A stretch of 64,000 bases of DNA, taken from positions 78,864,001 through 78,928,000 of the forward strand of contig OX597822.1 of assembly GCA_951406725.2 (NCBI GenBank), given 5' to 3'. A model generated the notes under the pieces. It was not told the DNA's origin. It was given only the letters and a program-made list of their open reading frames with translations, and made no database searches. Position numbers and translations under genes: made by a program. Of this stretch, positions 1 through 14,300 are shown in pieces (position 1 is the stretch's first letter; each line of letters opens with the position of its first letter). This DNA comes from Octopus vulgaris (lineage: Eukaryota).

Positions 1-33
1 CATACATAAAGCAAAACATAGAAATCTGCACAT

Positions 34-87
34 CATACATACATACATACATATTACGCACGCACGCACGCACGCGCGCGCGCGCAC

Positions 88-176
<89 letters not shown>

Positions 177-476
177 TACATACATACATACATACATACA
201 TACATACATACATACATACATACATACATACATACATACATACATACATACATACATACATACATACATACATACATACATACATACATACATACATACA
301 TACATACATACATACATACATACATACATACATACATACATACATACATACATACATACATACATACATACATACATACATACATACATACATACATACA
401 TACATACATACATACATACATACATACATACATACATACATACATACATACATACATACATACATACATACATACA
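34..476. repeat. Compound microsatellite (CGCA)n(CG)n(CA)n(CATA)n
   Basis: direct reading; long perfect CATA tract 171-476. Confidence 0.98.
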
Positions 477-1058
477 TGAGTGGTTGTTTGGCAGGCTCGT
501 TAGAATGTCGAATTTAAGCCTTGTGGTAACTGTTCTGGTAGTTTTCATTCCGTGTTCAATTTCCGCTAGAGTTAACTTTTGTTTTTTATCCTCCCGTCAA
601 ATATTTGAGTTATATTTTCTGCCTGTCTACCTGCTTGCCTATCTCTGTTTGTCTGTCTGTCTGTCTCTTGCTCCTCAGAACCAGTTCTACTGAGAATTAT
701 AGTGAAAGACCATTCGCAATATCCCTTTCCTCAAGATATAGACAACGGTTGAAATAGGCACTGCTAATTTCCTCTCGTCGAATGACATAGCTAATAGATG
801 AGAAAAGGAGTACATTTTTCAACTTTGGAGCCTTTTAAACATAAAAAAATAAAAAAAAACGTTTTTAGTTCACTTGTGCGATAAAATTTGAATCTTTTTC
901 TTGTTAATCGCATGGCTTTAGAAGGACTTTTTGGAGTCATTGCTTTGTTTGACCAACTACCCGTGTTTTTTTAACTGTCTGCGCAATCTTTTATGATGTG
1001 TTGGTGGTCGCTGTCATCTGAATTACCAAAACAAACCCTGACGACAAAACCTCTCGAC

Positions 1059-1696
1059 CAGTGGCAGCTCGTGTATAGGCCCTGCGGAACTGCAGCATCC
1101 CCATTTCCACTCGATTTTATCAATGACATTAAACATAATGAGTCCTTTTTTCTTTAATCCTTTCTTTATACTTGTACATTATATAATCCTTAAGCTTAAT
1201 GTCAGTAGCCATCCCCCAGTTCATGAAAAAAAATCCTTGTATAGAACTGTGCGCTTCACAGTTCTAGCTAGGGAGAAAGAGAGAGAGCACTGTCGTTCAC
1301 GCTGTGCCGACCCTGTTGTGCTGGTGAAAAGTAATGTTTCTTTTTGACTCCGCGTGTGTTGTGCTTAAAAACGTGTTTAGATTATTGAATGTGATAAAAT
1401 GTAGAATTAGATTATTATCCTGCATCCAGCTACAGTGTTGCTGCCATGATTTGAAAAATAAAGCAGATTCTCCCCCACCTCACTATTTTGAGATATTTTG
1501 AAAATCAAGGGGGAATTCGCGGCGAAGTTCAGTGAACAAATTAAACACTCTACCCGGCTGTGGCTAAAACACGAACCAATCAAGTTTATGTATAAATTTT
1601 CTTTTTATGTTTGTTTCCTTTTACACAATAGTAAAACAACGGCTAAAAATTTTCTGAAGCTGCAGCCCCACAAATTTAATCTACGAGCCGTCACTA
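1059..1696. mobile_element. Non-autonomous hAT-type DNA transposon
   Basis: perfect 8-bp TSD CTCTCGAC at 1051-1058 and 1697-1704; imperfect TIR CAGTGGCAGCTCGT / ACGAGCCGTCACTA. Confidence 0.85.
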
Positions 1697-1765
1697 CTCT
1701 CGACACTTGACGAAGTTGGATTTTCATCGTTTTCACGTCACACCTATAAAAGTAGTTACAAATTT

Positions 1766-1922
1766 CATACATAATGAGGTTATTACTGATACATGAAATT
1801 AATGAATGTAGAATACAATTACGTATATTATAACTAATGAAATAGTATGTGAAATGGGTTAAAAATTGTTTGGTATGTGTCACGGCTCCTCTTTTTATGT
1901 GCTCGCTACCCCTAATTTAAGA
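1766..1922 (+). repeat. 157-bp direct repeat, near-identical to 7250-7406
   Basis: only one visible mismatch (actgaTacatg vs actgaAacatg). Confidence 0.9.
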
Positions 1923-2800
1923 ACCTGGCTACGCCTCTCGGATACTGCAGAACCCATCCATGAAAATAAGGGAACATGGCGACTCGAGTCTGACTGATCT
2001 TGTTATACAGAGCAAAACGGTTTAAATAGATAGATGTATTGATGAAGAAACGAAAAGAGAGAGCACTCGAAACGTTTCATAGGGTTAATCTTTTCTTATA
2101 TTAACGAATTATTTCAGAATAGCATTACTTTCAGAGAGAGTTTTTCACAAGTGAGAAAATAAATCTCCATCGGTGCGGTATGCCTGCAGAAGCTTGGTTT
2201 GGAGTCCAAACAACTGAAGAAAGCCAAAGAAATTGTAGATGAAACCTTTCTGCTGGCGATAGATATTTTAAGTCCTCGGTGCTCTATACTTGCGAAGAAG
2301 GGTTTACGACGACGCCTTTATCTTCTTAGCTTGCAAACTCTTTAAAGGAGTTCCTACAAGTTCTGTGTCGGGCAAAGCAAATCTGATACCCGTCTGTCCA
2401 CACACACAAACAAAAATAGAATATCGTTCAACAAGGATACACATTTCTGTCTTTCTCTCGACACACATGTACAAACAGATACATATATACATAGGATCTT
2501 TTCCTTTTGAACGGCACTTTTCAACACAATTTCTAGTTAACTAAACACTTTTAAACTTCGTATACTGGTAGAATGTGTTTATAAAACATCATTTTTTTTT
2601 CTTGGCTTTATTGAGAAAATTCTATATGTTGTAACATATTTCGTCTTTAATTTCGAGCATTTCGGCAATTTTAACCAATCGCTGACCTCCATCTAAGTAA
2701 ACAACATTCCGTGCTGTATGAATATGTCCCTCCTTTAAGAAACAGATTGGGTTTATTTACATTTGTGAAGAAAAAAAGATACCCTTCCCCACCCCTATCC

Positions 2801-2839
<39 letters not shown>

Positions 2840-4678
2840 CAGACACACACACATATATGCATGCACGCACCCATGTAAATACGTACGTACTTCCCGAGTA
2901 CGCTCCATTGAAATTGTTTAAAATCTATTTTTTAGTTACATTATTATTTTTTGTTTTAATATTCCTCATCTTTATCATAAATGATAGATAAATAGAAAAT
3001 ACAAAAAGAAAAATTTAAAACAAAAATGAACAAACGTTTGCTGTCACTGTTACATATTCTTGTTCCTACAGTTTCTTAGATGATGACCGAAATTTTTATA
3101 TCTAGATTTAATCATATTTTTTAATTTTCTGGAATGTTTCATCTAAATAAATAGAAAACAACAACAGTTTCATACTTTTAGTGCCATGTTTCCGCAAATG
3201 AAAAAAAAAAAAAAGAAAAAATAATCTCGGTCTCTTCTAGACTGAAAGAAGAAGACAATATGGTTTCATTTGATAACAATGGAAGAGAAAAACTTTTGTC
3301 TAGTATGTTGTACATCTCTCTCCTCTCACGATCGGAAATCGGTAAGATTTTATTTTTTTTAACCTTTTGATAGTTGGTTTCTTGGTTATAAGTTTATTTT
3401 ATATACACTCACAAATATTTATTGTGAAATTTGATCAACATTACGAAATAATGCACATTATATATATTTCAAGAAAACCCTGGATAAAACCAGGGAACCT
3501 GGATGCTGACATACCTTTAAGAGGTATTTATATCCTCGAAATAATATAGGTCCTTAACAAGTATATATGTAAGAAATAATTATTTTCGAAATTTTTTCTC
3601 TTATGAGGTTTTCACGCTATCTACCTGACAATTTCTTGTTAAGTTTTCCTTATTAAGTAGTTGTCCTTAATTGCTAAATTTGTATATATATATATATATA
3701 TTTATTATACACACGTATGTATATACATATATGTAGTGAATATACATGTATAAATACATACACATGCATATATATATATATATATACACATACTCGTGCG
3801 TGTATATATATATAAATATATATATTCACACACACACGGGCGGAGGGTAAAGAATACGTGCACCACTCATTTTCGGCGTAACAAAAACCCTTACCCTCAC
3901 CCCCGGTTGTACGTATTCTTTACTTTCGCCTATACATGTGTATGTATATATATATATCTTACTTTAAGGCAGCAGGAGATTTTAAAGAAAACATTGACGT
4001 TCAACTTATATCGTCTCCGTAGGGCAATGAAGCCAATTCGAAAACGACTCGATGAAGGAGGATCTGTACATTGTCGTTTGACCTGTTGAAGCTGGATGCT
4101 CAAATCTCCCTCTAATCACATCCTATTCTCTTTAAAAATACGATGGATACTCCTTAAATATATAAATACCGGTATGTTTATGACTGGAACACTAGATCAT
4201 TGCTTGATGAAGGGTGGCTAGGGGGTTAAACAACAACGGCAGGTCTTGAACTCAGATTGGAGAGGAGCAAAAACTATACACTGATATGGATTTTGTTTGG
4301 CATTCAATTGTCTCAGCCACTTCAAATATATTGGTCATGGACATAAAAGACAAAGTTTAAACGAACCACATTTCTGTCTAATTCCAAGATGTCCTTTAGC
4401 CATTTCAGATTTTAAAAGAAATAATACTTTTGCAATCTGTCTTAATTATTTTAAACAATTCATCAGAACATTTGTCATAACAAATGTCCATATTTGTTTA
4501 CAGACATTTAGTTAGCTCTTAAGTCCCAAGTTATTCCGGTGGTTGACACAAATTGAGAATGTGTGTCATACATGATGAATGGATGCCAGGGAAATATGTC
4601 CTGTTCATCATATGTGAGACATGGGACAGACAAAGGGTTAACTTAAGAAAAAAAAAATAATTGAGGGTAGGTTTCGGG

Positions 4679-4772
4679 GGCGGAGGTAAAGAATACGCAT
4701 ACCACCCGTTTTCGGCGTGACTCTAAACCTAAACGCCGAAAACGGGTGGTGTACGTATTCTTTACCTTCGCC
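4679..4772. mobile_element. Foldback mini-MITE, 94 bp (second copy at 3839-3930)
   Basis: about 40-bp inverted arms GGCGGAGGTAAAGAATACG ... CGTATTCTTTACCTTCGCC; flanks (g/a)GTTTCGGG on both sides. Confidence 0.7.
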
Positions 4773-5739
4773 AGTTTCGGGGTTATACTGGTTTGATAAG
4801 AACAATTACATCAAAGAAAAGACAAGTACCGAATAGACATCACGGTTATTTAAAACTCAAATACATCCCATTATCTTCACCTCTTGCTTTATTTTGTAAT
4901 AATTATTGTTCGCAGTCTCATTATGACGAAACTTCGCTTTATAGTATGTGTATGACACTTTATAGTATATGTATACAATGTATATGTGCATATTTAATGT
5001 CTATCTATCTATCTTATATATACTACAAGATTAAGTAAAAATATCGGTATATATCCTATTGAAAATGGCTACGACGACTCCTCCACAATCCACAATATAA
5101 TTTTGTTTTATTTAGTGACTGTCAGAAAATATGTATAATCTTAAAATTAAGTCTATTTTAACCACACACAATTTTAAGAAGAGCAATTTAATGCAGCCGT
5201 TTTCTCTTCCTCTCTTAGAACCAACTAGTATATAATATTACAAATAAAATTGGAGGAATAGAACATAGATACAATAATGGCGGATGTCTTTAATGTCTTA
5301 AAAAAGAACGGAATTTGTACGACGTAAAATCTTTGGCAACAATCAATGATTTATCATGGTTGGTAGTGTTTGTGTAGAATTTGAATAAGAATAATGATTA
5401 ATTGAAAATTACTATTATTAGTATTATTATATCATAGTGTTTGGTGAGCCCTCAAATTGCATGCTTAATATCAAAGATGTTCCAGTCGTGACCACCTCTT
5501 TTATGTATTTTGGACTACATACACATATCATAGGTGCTCCCGTTTCTGTTTTAAGGCAAGGGAGATATAGGTGTTATTTCTAGTTGCTCGAGTAACCATG
5601 TCTACAATCCTTTGCTCGTTCGTTCATTATAATTATTCTAATAAGGAATAATTTTAGTTATTTTCTTTGATTTCTTCAAGTATCGTTATTATATATATAT
5701 ATGTGTGTGTGTGTGTACGCACAGCCTTACTTATTTTGG

Positions 5740-7200
5740 TTCATTTTTGGTGTACCCGCACGCGTTTCTCTAAGAGAGAGAGAGAGAAAAAAAAGAATCG
5801 GATTATTTGCGTGGAATCATGTCCCCTGATCTCCTAATGTGCCGCAAACCCTTTTCGAGAATATCCACATTCTCAAAAACTTATTTCTGTAAAATGTTGG
5901 TGGTGGTGACATCTCCGAGCGTTTCACCCCACCCCAATCCCCGTTTTCCAGACAAAAAAAAAGTGTTTTACCGAAATGTTATCCTGGCGTTTAAAACCTA
6001 AATCCCCTGGCTAATTTAGATAGTAATTCATAAATTTGCGTAGATCGGCGTCGTATTTGAAAAAGAAAATAGATAAGCCATCGAGGGAGTCTCTACGTAA
6101 TCAATCAATCTGACACAATATCTTAACGTCATAAATATTGCGTAACGTAATCCTAGGGAGTCTTTTCTGTTGGTGATTTTGAAATTTTAAAAATTAGGTG
6201 TAAATTTTACAAATTGGTAAATTGATGCAATTTTTCATGCTGAATCTGATTATATTGCTAATTTGTTTCGCACGCCGAGCGAAATACTAAGCGGTATTTC
6301 GTCCGCCTTCTCGCTCTGAGATTGACATCGCCTTTCATCCTCTCGGGACCGATTAAATCAGTACCAGGTGAGCACTGGGGTCGATGTAATCGCCTTACCC
6401 TCCCCCAAAATTTCAGACCTTGTGCCTATAGTAGAAAGGGTTATTTCACTTATTTCAGAAAAAAGTTTGATAATTTTTACACAATCAGAAAACAGTATTT
6501 GAAAGCGTGATAGCTGTCTATCACTGAATGAAAGCTAAAACAATACGACGATGAATTATTTTTAAACAAAATGAAAGAAAGACATATTACAACGACGGAA
6601 GTCGTAAGAAGTTTTGAAATTTTAATAGGTTTTAATGAATAAAGTCATGTGAAACGGTCGAACAGGCTCGTAAATAATTTACAAAGGAATTTCTTTTGCG
6701 AAAAATTACAAAATAAGCAATCAATACGTTAGGGTTTAGGATTAATGTTGGAGATTAGGGTTAGGATGCAGTTAAGTTTAGGGCTAAAACGATTGAATAA
6801 GCATGTAAAAAATTTAAAAAGGAAAATCCTTAATATTTTTTTGTAAAAAATTCCGAAAAGAAAAAAGAACTATGTTATAGTGTGGTAATAGTTTAGTTCT
6901 GTAAGCAATAATTTTTGTAACGGCAATTCAAAAACGAAAGTTCAGAAAATAAGCACTTGTAGGCATGACGTAAATTCAAACAGATTCTGTCATTGTTCTA
7001 TTTACGGTTCTCCGGAAGCTAGGGCATTCGATACTCGTGACCTCTCTTGATAAACATTCTAGAATGTTCGACAGAGAGATTCGTTCTTTCTCTCTTTGCT
7101 ACGTCGAATCCGACCAGTTCACATCCTTGTTATGGAGAGCAACTATATTTATCTATATGCGGCCTAAGCTAAGAAGATGGCCTCCAGCAGCGACTGTGCA
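5740..7200. promoter_or_regulatory. CpG-retaining putative promoter region
   Basis: CpG is frequent here and scarce after about 7.6 kb; bZIP-like sites TTGCGTAA, TACGTAA and TGACGTAA (6090-6150, ~6966); ETS cores CGGAAG (~6596, ~7013). Confidence 0.3.
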
Positions 7201-8113
7201 CCTCAAGCCCTTTATGCTATACATGTACAGATTTCTCTTGCCTCACTAACATACATAATGAGGTTATTACTGAAACATGAAATTAATGAATGTAGAATAC
7301 AATTACGTATATTATAACTAATGAAATAGTATGTGAAATGGGTTAAAAATTGTTTGGTATGTGTCACGGCTCCTCTTTTTATGTGCTCGCTACCCCTAAT
7401 TTAAGATAATTTATATATTTGCGGTACTAATTTTCTTTGTACACTTTCCATTGCTTTTCTTTCATGCAGAACGCGATTAGGTAAAATATTGTAACTTTTC
7501 ACATTTCTATGCAGCTTCACTCGAAACATATTCTTGATGAACTCGTATCTGTTATCTATAATTAAATTATTTGTGAAGTTTAAGAATGACTCCTTCGTTA
7601 TTTCTAACCTTGCATCCCCATTAACACTTAGAACAGAGAAAACTATTAATAGAATGATGACCATACATCTCTAAACACTCATCAAAGAAAATACATGTGG
7701 TGGTAGTTTTAAGCAAGCAACAGCTTTGCTTATTACCATGGAAACAGGCACCAGTGTCTGGGTTTTTCAATTGGCTAGAATTACCCAAAATTTGCAAATT
7801 TCAAAACCTACTAACTTTTTATTACTTTGTCATAATTATCCAACAGAACTACATCAATATATAAAATTTGAAAATAATTGAAACAACATTTTAAAAAGCT
7901 AGAAAACTGTAGCAATAACAGAAAAGATCCAATCTTAGAATTTCTTAACCTTTTGCCTGTCCAGAGTATTTCCATTATGTTTGTCCTGAGCACTCAAATT
8001 TGTTTTCAGACTTTTAGTTAGTCATTGTTTCATACATTCTGAGTAATATAAGGATGTCCTAAGACCATAGTTACTCTGGTGATTGAAAAAATATTGGCAA
8101 TGTGCATCATATT

Positions 8114-8974
8114 CAGGGTGAGATGAGTAAATTGTCGTCATTTTATATTTTTAATTTTGTGCATGCGCAGTTTTTGTTTTTCATTTTGTCGACTACACAG
8201 TATTGCCGGGTCAGTTGGGCACCGTCTGTGAGAAAACCAGCACAATGACACAATTCACTCGACCAGAAATTTGGAAACAACATGCTGTACTTCTTGGCAT
8301 TAGCACCAGAAGCTCCAATATGAACATTTCAGAGTGGTTGGGTGTCAGTCTGAGGACATATACCGAGAGTGATAAAAATCAAACATCCAATCAACATCTT
8401 GGTGCTTGGACTGATGACCATGTTATATCTCCATTCACCTTCCCACATGGCCTCTCAGACTCAACATGGAGGCCTACATCAAGTGCCTGGAGGAGGTAGT
8501 GCAACCTGGGCCAAGAAGGTGGTTGCTGGAAGACCCTATGTCTGGCAACAGGACTTTGCACCATGCCACACAAGCATGAGAACCCAGTTATGGCTGTGAG
8601 TCTATTTCTGTAACCATATCATCCTAACATCTGGCCACCTAACTCCCCAGATTGCAACCCCCTTGATTATTATGTGTGAGGTGCAGTTGAGCGAGGGCTC
8701 AACAAAACTCTCTGTAATACCAAAGATGAACTGAAGGCAAGGATTATGGCAGTATTTGCCAATTTAAGCAAGGAGACCATCCAGAAGAGTTGTAGATTTC
8801 AAAGTTGTCTGGGGGCCCGAGGATGAAGCCAATGGCGATTTTATTAAATAAATTTACTCTTTGATATTTCAAAATATTTTAATGTAATTTTGGTAAATAT
8901 ATCTGTTAAAATGAGATGTCAGTGTTGTTTTCATTTTTGCGTAATTTAGACGACAATATATTCAACACACCCTG
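8114..8974 (+). mobile_element. Deleted Tc1/mariner element of maT (DD37D) type
   Basis: ends CAGGGTG ... CACCCTG|TA with imperfect TIRs; remnants VWQQDFAPCHT and WPPNSPDCNPLDYYV. Confidence 0.8.
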
Positions 8975-10259
8975 TATATGATGCATGGGAGTGTGCATGG
9001 CCTAGTGGTTAGTGTTGCACTCACGATCTCATGATTGTGGTTTCAGTTCCTGGACCGGGTGGTGCATTGTGTTCTTGAGCTAAATTCTTCATCTTGTGTT
9101 GCTCTTTAATCCCTTTGACACCTGACATGTGGTACACTGTGCACCTAAACAGGCAATGTTGATTTGATGGAAGAAGGCAGCACCAGCATATGGCCACTGT
9201 AAACAAATCTCTCTGTACAGGTTGTTCAGCCAGAAATTGCACAACTATCCTACTTGGATTACAATAGACTCCCATATAAATATACATGATGGCTGGACAC
9301 CAAGGAAACATATCCTGTGTATTGTATGTGATATACAGGACATGCAGAGGTTTAATATATTGCAGTGGCCATGAGTGGGATACTTTTCAACATAGGCTTG
9401 TCTAGTCTAGGTTAATCTGCTTAAACAACAACATCAACAGGTTTAGCTTACTTGTGCCATTATTTTGTGTTTAGAAGTATATTTTATTACTAGTGTAGTA
9501 CCTGCAGAAAATAGCAGGGCTTATTTTTAGTATGGAATAAACATGGAGGTGTGTGAAAGTGATGGACAGACAGTGATTTTAGTTTATATCGGGAAATAAA
9601 GATAGACCAAAGTTGATTTTAGAATTTAAAGTTTTAGAGAGAAAGAGAGGAAGTAGCAGTCAAAGTGTGGCTATCTCTCTGTGTATCTTAATATCAAAAT
9701 CTATCTTAATAATTACAATTGTGACTGTAAGCCATTGTCTATTTTCAATCAAATAACCGCTTCTAAAATATGATAGTGGAAAAAAATTTGACAGTTTTAC
9801 TTTATCACCAGATTTGTTTCATATCACTTGTATGTATGCATATATGTGTGTATATGTGTGTATGACATTTCAGCAACATAACAGAATCAAGAAATAAATA
9901 TAGAAGCTTAGACTTTTATATATAGAAAAAAAAATTGTTCTATTATTCTGTTTACTGATTTAAGAATGTAGTACTTCAATTTATAGCCAGACTAATGTAC
10001 CAGGCTACAGATTGGGGTATCACTTCTACAAGTATAGTAGATTACAAAATTCAAGTATTTATTTTATTGATCATGGGAAGATGAAAGTTGAAGACAACTT
10101 TGGCAGGATTCCAACTCATAAAGAAAGTAAAGAACATAAACACATTATTCTGTTGATGCTCTACTGATTTTGCCATCCATTTGCCTTATTTGTATGTAGA
10201 TTTTTTTCTAGAAACAAAAAGATGTTTCTGAAATTTTGGTATATACCTTTCATCTAGGC

Positions 10260-11300
10260 CAGGGGTTGCCAAACATTTTCAACAATTGACCCCCAGTAGC
10301 AACTTCTTTTTCCACATTGACCTCCCCTTTAGCCACTTCTCCTCCTACATCGACCCCCTTTAGCCACTTTCCCTTCTGCCTCGACTACCCTCCCCATTTA
10401 AAATACCTTAATACCTTACCCTGCCGCACCATATCTTAAATGCGTACCAGGTACCGATGCTGGCAATTAAAATGTTAGCTAAAATATACATGTACAACAA
10501 ATTAAGAAATTCTATGGAAGATGACTCATTTTACTTTAACAATCGACCCCCCAGTAGCAACTTCTTTTTCCACATTGACCTCCCCTTTAGCCACTTCTCC
10601 TCCTACATCAACCCCCTTTAGCCACTTTCCCTTCTGCCTCGACTACCCTATCCGTTTAAAATACCTTAATACCTTACCCTGCCGCACCATATCTTAAATG
10701 CGTACCAGGTACCGATGCTGGCAATTAAAATGTTAGCTAAAATATACATGTACAACAAATTAAGAAATTCTATGGAAGATGACTCATTTTACTTTTAAAA
10801 TTACATGTATGAGTACACAGTATTACACTTTAAATTTTTATGAAATTGTTTTCACGGTTAGAAAATGTGAAAAATGCATCATATTGCTGGAATATCTTTC
10901 ATTGAAATTGGCAACATCAATGTGAGGTATGAGCATGGTGATCCTGAATCAAGGCATTGCTATCAAGCTGAATATTGGTCAATTTCACTCTCAAATCACC
11001 TCGTTTCTCCAGGTTCAGGCAATTTCTATAAACTTGACAGTTCACATCCTCTCAATCTTTGATTACGATACAGATTATGATATCAGGCCTTGAATGTTAG
11101 CAACAGCAGACTTCTCGCTGCAGTGAAAATTTATTATGTTTTCCCATGTTTCATGGCACTGACTAAGTATTTCAAGCAGTTCATCTGGGTGAGCTGGTCT
11201 TTCACACGCTGACCCCCATTCGAACCCTTGGTTATCATCAGTCCACTTTAATTGCTCACCGACCCCTAGAGGGTGCCTCGAATCCCCTTTGGCAATCCCC
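10260..11300 (-). mobile_element. hAT Charlie/Buster deletion derivative with an internal 257-bp tandem duplication
   Basis: TIR CAGGGGTTGCCAAA / TTTGGCAATCCC; CTAGG on both flanks; minus 10917-11027 encodes RNCLNLEKRGDLRVKLTNIQ...HAHTSH*, like Buster C-termini; repeat units start at 10281 and 10538. Confidence 0.8.
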
Positions 11301-14300
11301 TAGGTATTTGTAAGTAAAATTAAAGGACTGTGATGGAAGTGACTTGTAATAATAAATATATGTGTGTGTGTGTATATATATATGTTTGTTGATAGTGCTT
11401 CTTGGAAAACCATTTGAGTAAGTGATTTTGCTGTCATGTATTCTATGGGTCATCTGCTGGCCTTGTATTCATCAGACAGAATGAAATATTCCTTACCTGA
11501 AAAATAGCTATTAAGAGTTTGTGACAGGAGTGGCAATGATTTAGTAATATCTTCATTTATCTAAACCGTGCTAGCTTGGAAAAATAGATGTTAAACAAAT
11601 AAAAGGAATGATGTGTATTCATAAATTAAAAATAGATTTCTGCCCACCACAAGAAATTTTATATTAAAAAAAAAAAAAAAACCTCCCCCTCATGAAAAGA
11701 AATTTATATTAAAAAAAAACATGCTGAATCAACAATGAAGGAAATTTGAGTAATTGACTGTCTGTCTGTCTGTGTGTTTTTCTTTTTACTTCCTTAGAAA
11801 CATAATCAATATCTAAAAAAGGTTTTCTTTCATACTGCTGCTTTTTAGTTCATTTAATTTATTTTTACTGTCTGGTGATGGGTGCCGATGTGTGTTAGTG
11901 CAATTGTCAGTGACATCAGCATTGTTTTACATGGTTTTTCCATGCAGGCATAAGTTAATCACATACCATTTCTTTTCTCTTTTGCTTGTTTCAGCCATCA
12001 GTTGATGACCATGCTGGGGCACTGCCTTAAAGGTTTAGTTGAATAAATCGACCCCCATCCCCCAGTACTTATTTTTTTAAAGTTAGTACTTATCGGTTTC
12101 TTTTGCTGAACAGCTAAGTTATGGGAACATAAACAAACCAATGCCACATATCAAGCAGTGATGGGAACAAAGAACACACACACACATATGATGAGCTTCC
12201 ACTTGGTTTATGTTATCAAATTTACTCACAAGGCTGCAGTAGAAGACACTTGCCCAAGGTTTTGTACAGTGGGATTGAATTTGAAACCAGATGGTTGCAA
12301 AGCAAGCTTCTTAACCATACAGCCATACCTTTCATTTATTATCCAATATAATCTCCGTTCAAATGAAACAGCTTTAATCACTACTGTTTTACTTTCTGCT
12401 CTTTGGAATGTGAGACACACCTTTCCTCACCTGCAGGCATGAAACAAACAAGTAGTGAAGTGAACAAAAGGAAATGAAGTGAGATTGCTACAATTAGGGA
12501 TAGAAATAAAGAGAAGCCACAAAGTCACTGGTCCTGATGGGTGTAGGTGATTTGGGATGCAGAGGATAGAGATAAAAGCTTAATCTATGCACTCTACACT
12601 TTGTCTCAGAAGTTGAGGGAATTTATTTGCTGTTCCATCCTAATATTAAGCAGTGATATCAAAAATAAAGGGGTGGGGTGGGGGTGATGGTGATTCTTCA
12701 TGAGCTTTCAGTTTCTATTCTATTTATCAGTAAAATTTTAAAGGATATCTTTTAATCAGCACCAGCTCACTAGTACCAACACTACCATCACTAATATTGT
12801 TACCACCACTCCAGGTGCTGTGTGGGGGCTGGCCCGTTGAAAAATAGACCCCCTGTGTCATAAAAAGTGACTAAAAGAGGTTAAGATAGGGTTTGCACTC
12901 TGACCAGCAACAACTCCTCAAACAAACTCTTGGTGGGTTGGAGGGTTGTCACTTGAGTGGGGCAAAGGAGTCATCCACCAGAAGTAGTAAGGAATCACCA
13001 ACAAATGGTAGATGCCACAACATACTGTTACAGCACATTACCCCATGCTGCTGCTGCTACTAATGATTCTGCCAAGGAGACCATCCAGAAGAGCTGTAGG
13101 AGAATCCAAAGTCGTCTGGGGGCCCGTGGATGAAGCTGGCAGAATCATTAGCATGCCAGACAAGATGCCTAGTGACATTTCTTCCAACTCCTTACCTTCT
13201 GGGTTCAAATTACACAAGGGTTAACTTTGCCTTTCATCCTATCGGTGGGAGTGAATAAGATAAAGTACCAGTCAAGTTTAGGGTCTCAGTGTAATCAACT
13301 TGTCTCCTCCACTTAAAATTTCTGGCCCTCTGCCAAAATTAGAAAGAATTATTATCACCACTAATATTATCTCCATCCTATAAGGTGGCAAGATATGGGG
13401 GAATCATTAACATGCCAGGCAAAATGCTCAGCAGCATTTCATCCATCTTTACATTGAGTTCAGATTCCACCAAGGTTGACCTGGCCGTTCATCCCTTTTG
13501 GGGTCAATAAGATAAGTACCAGTTGACCACTGGTTTTGATGTAATTGACTTATCCCTGCTTCTGAACTTGCTGGCCTTGTACCAACATTTGAAACCAGTA
13601 TTATCGCCATCCTAGATAGAACACAAGTCTAATACAGGCTCATTTGGATCAGTAATCCTGTAAGGCACAGTCCCAGAGGCCTTAATACTAAACACTGCAA
13701 CCCAAAAAGATCAGAACCCTTAAAGGCTGACAATCTTGAAAACATAATTCAGGCAAAAATAAAAAATGTTCTTGGGGATATTTATTTATGCTTTTGAAAG
13801 ATAATTTGAGAAACATCAAAACATTTCAATTCATTAGAAAGGAACAACTAACTATGAAGTATAAGACAAGCTATCATCATTACATTTTCATGCTTGCATG
13901 GATCAGATGGAATTTGTCGAGGCAGATTTCCTACAACTGGCTACTGTTCTTGTCACCAATTCCCACCTGTTTTCAAGCCAGACTTGTTTTTCTTGGAAAT
14001 GAACAATCTTGCTTATATATGTCTGCTGTTCATTTACAAACATTCTGTCATGTCTAGACAAGGATACACACATGCACATTGAATCTTGTGGGGATCCCTC
14101 CTCCCCAACATATCTTACTAATGACCCTTCTCATGCACCTCCCACTCTCCTTTTGCAATCTTGCAAACTTACCCACCTTATCCAATCCTTGGTCCCACTT
14201 ATATACACCTTGTAACTTGAGTGTACCTCCATTACATGTTCACCATCTTCTCTCCTACTGAGATAACCATGTATCTTCCTTAATGCATAACATCTGTTTC

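Noticed and set aside
54-548. 164-aa ORF (MYVC)n
   Set aside because: Translation of (CATA)n/(CA)n microsatellite; the ORFs at 15996-16268 and 60058-60542 are similar artefacts.
2039-2080. Hammerhead-like TTGATGA...GAGagcaCTC-GAAACGT
   Set aside because: The core is not adjacent to stem II and there is no stem I; the look-alike near 16000-16045 fails in the same way.
6728-6785. Telomeric TTAGGG repeats
   Set aside because: Only a few degenerate hexamers, probably internal to a repeat element.
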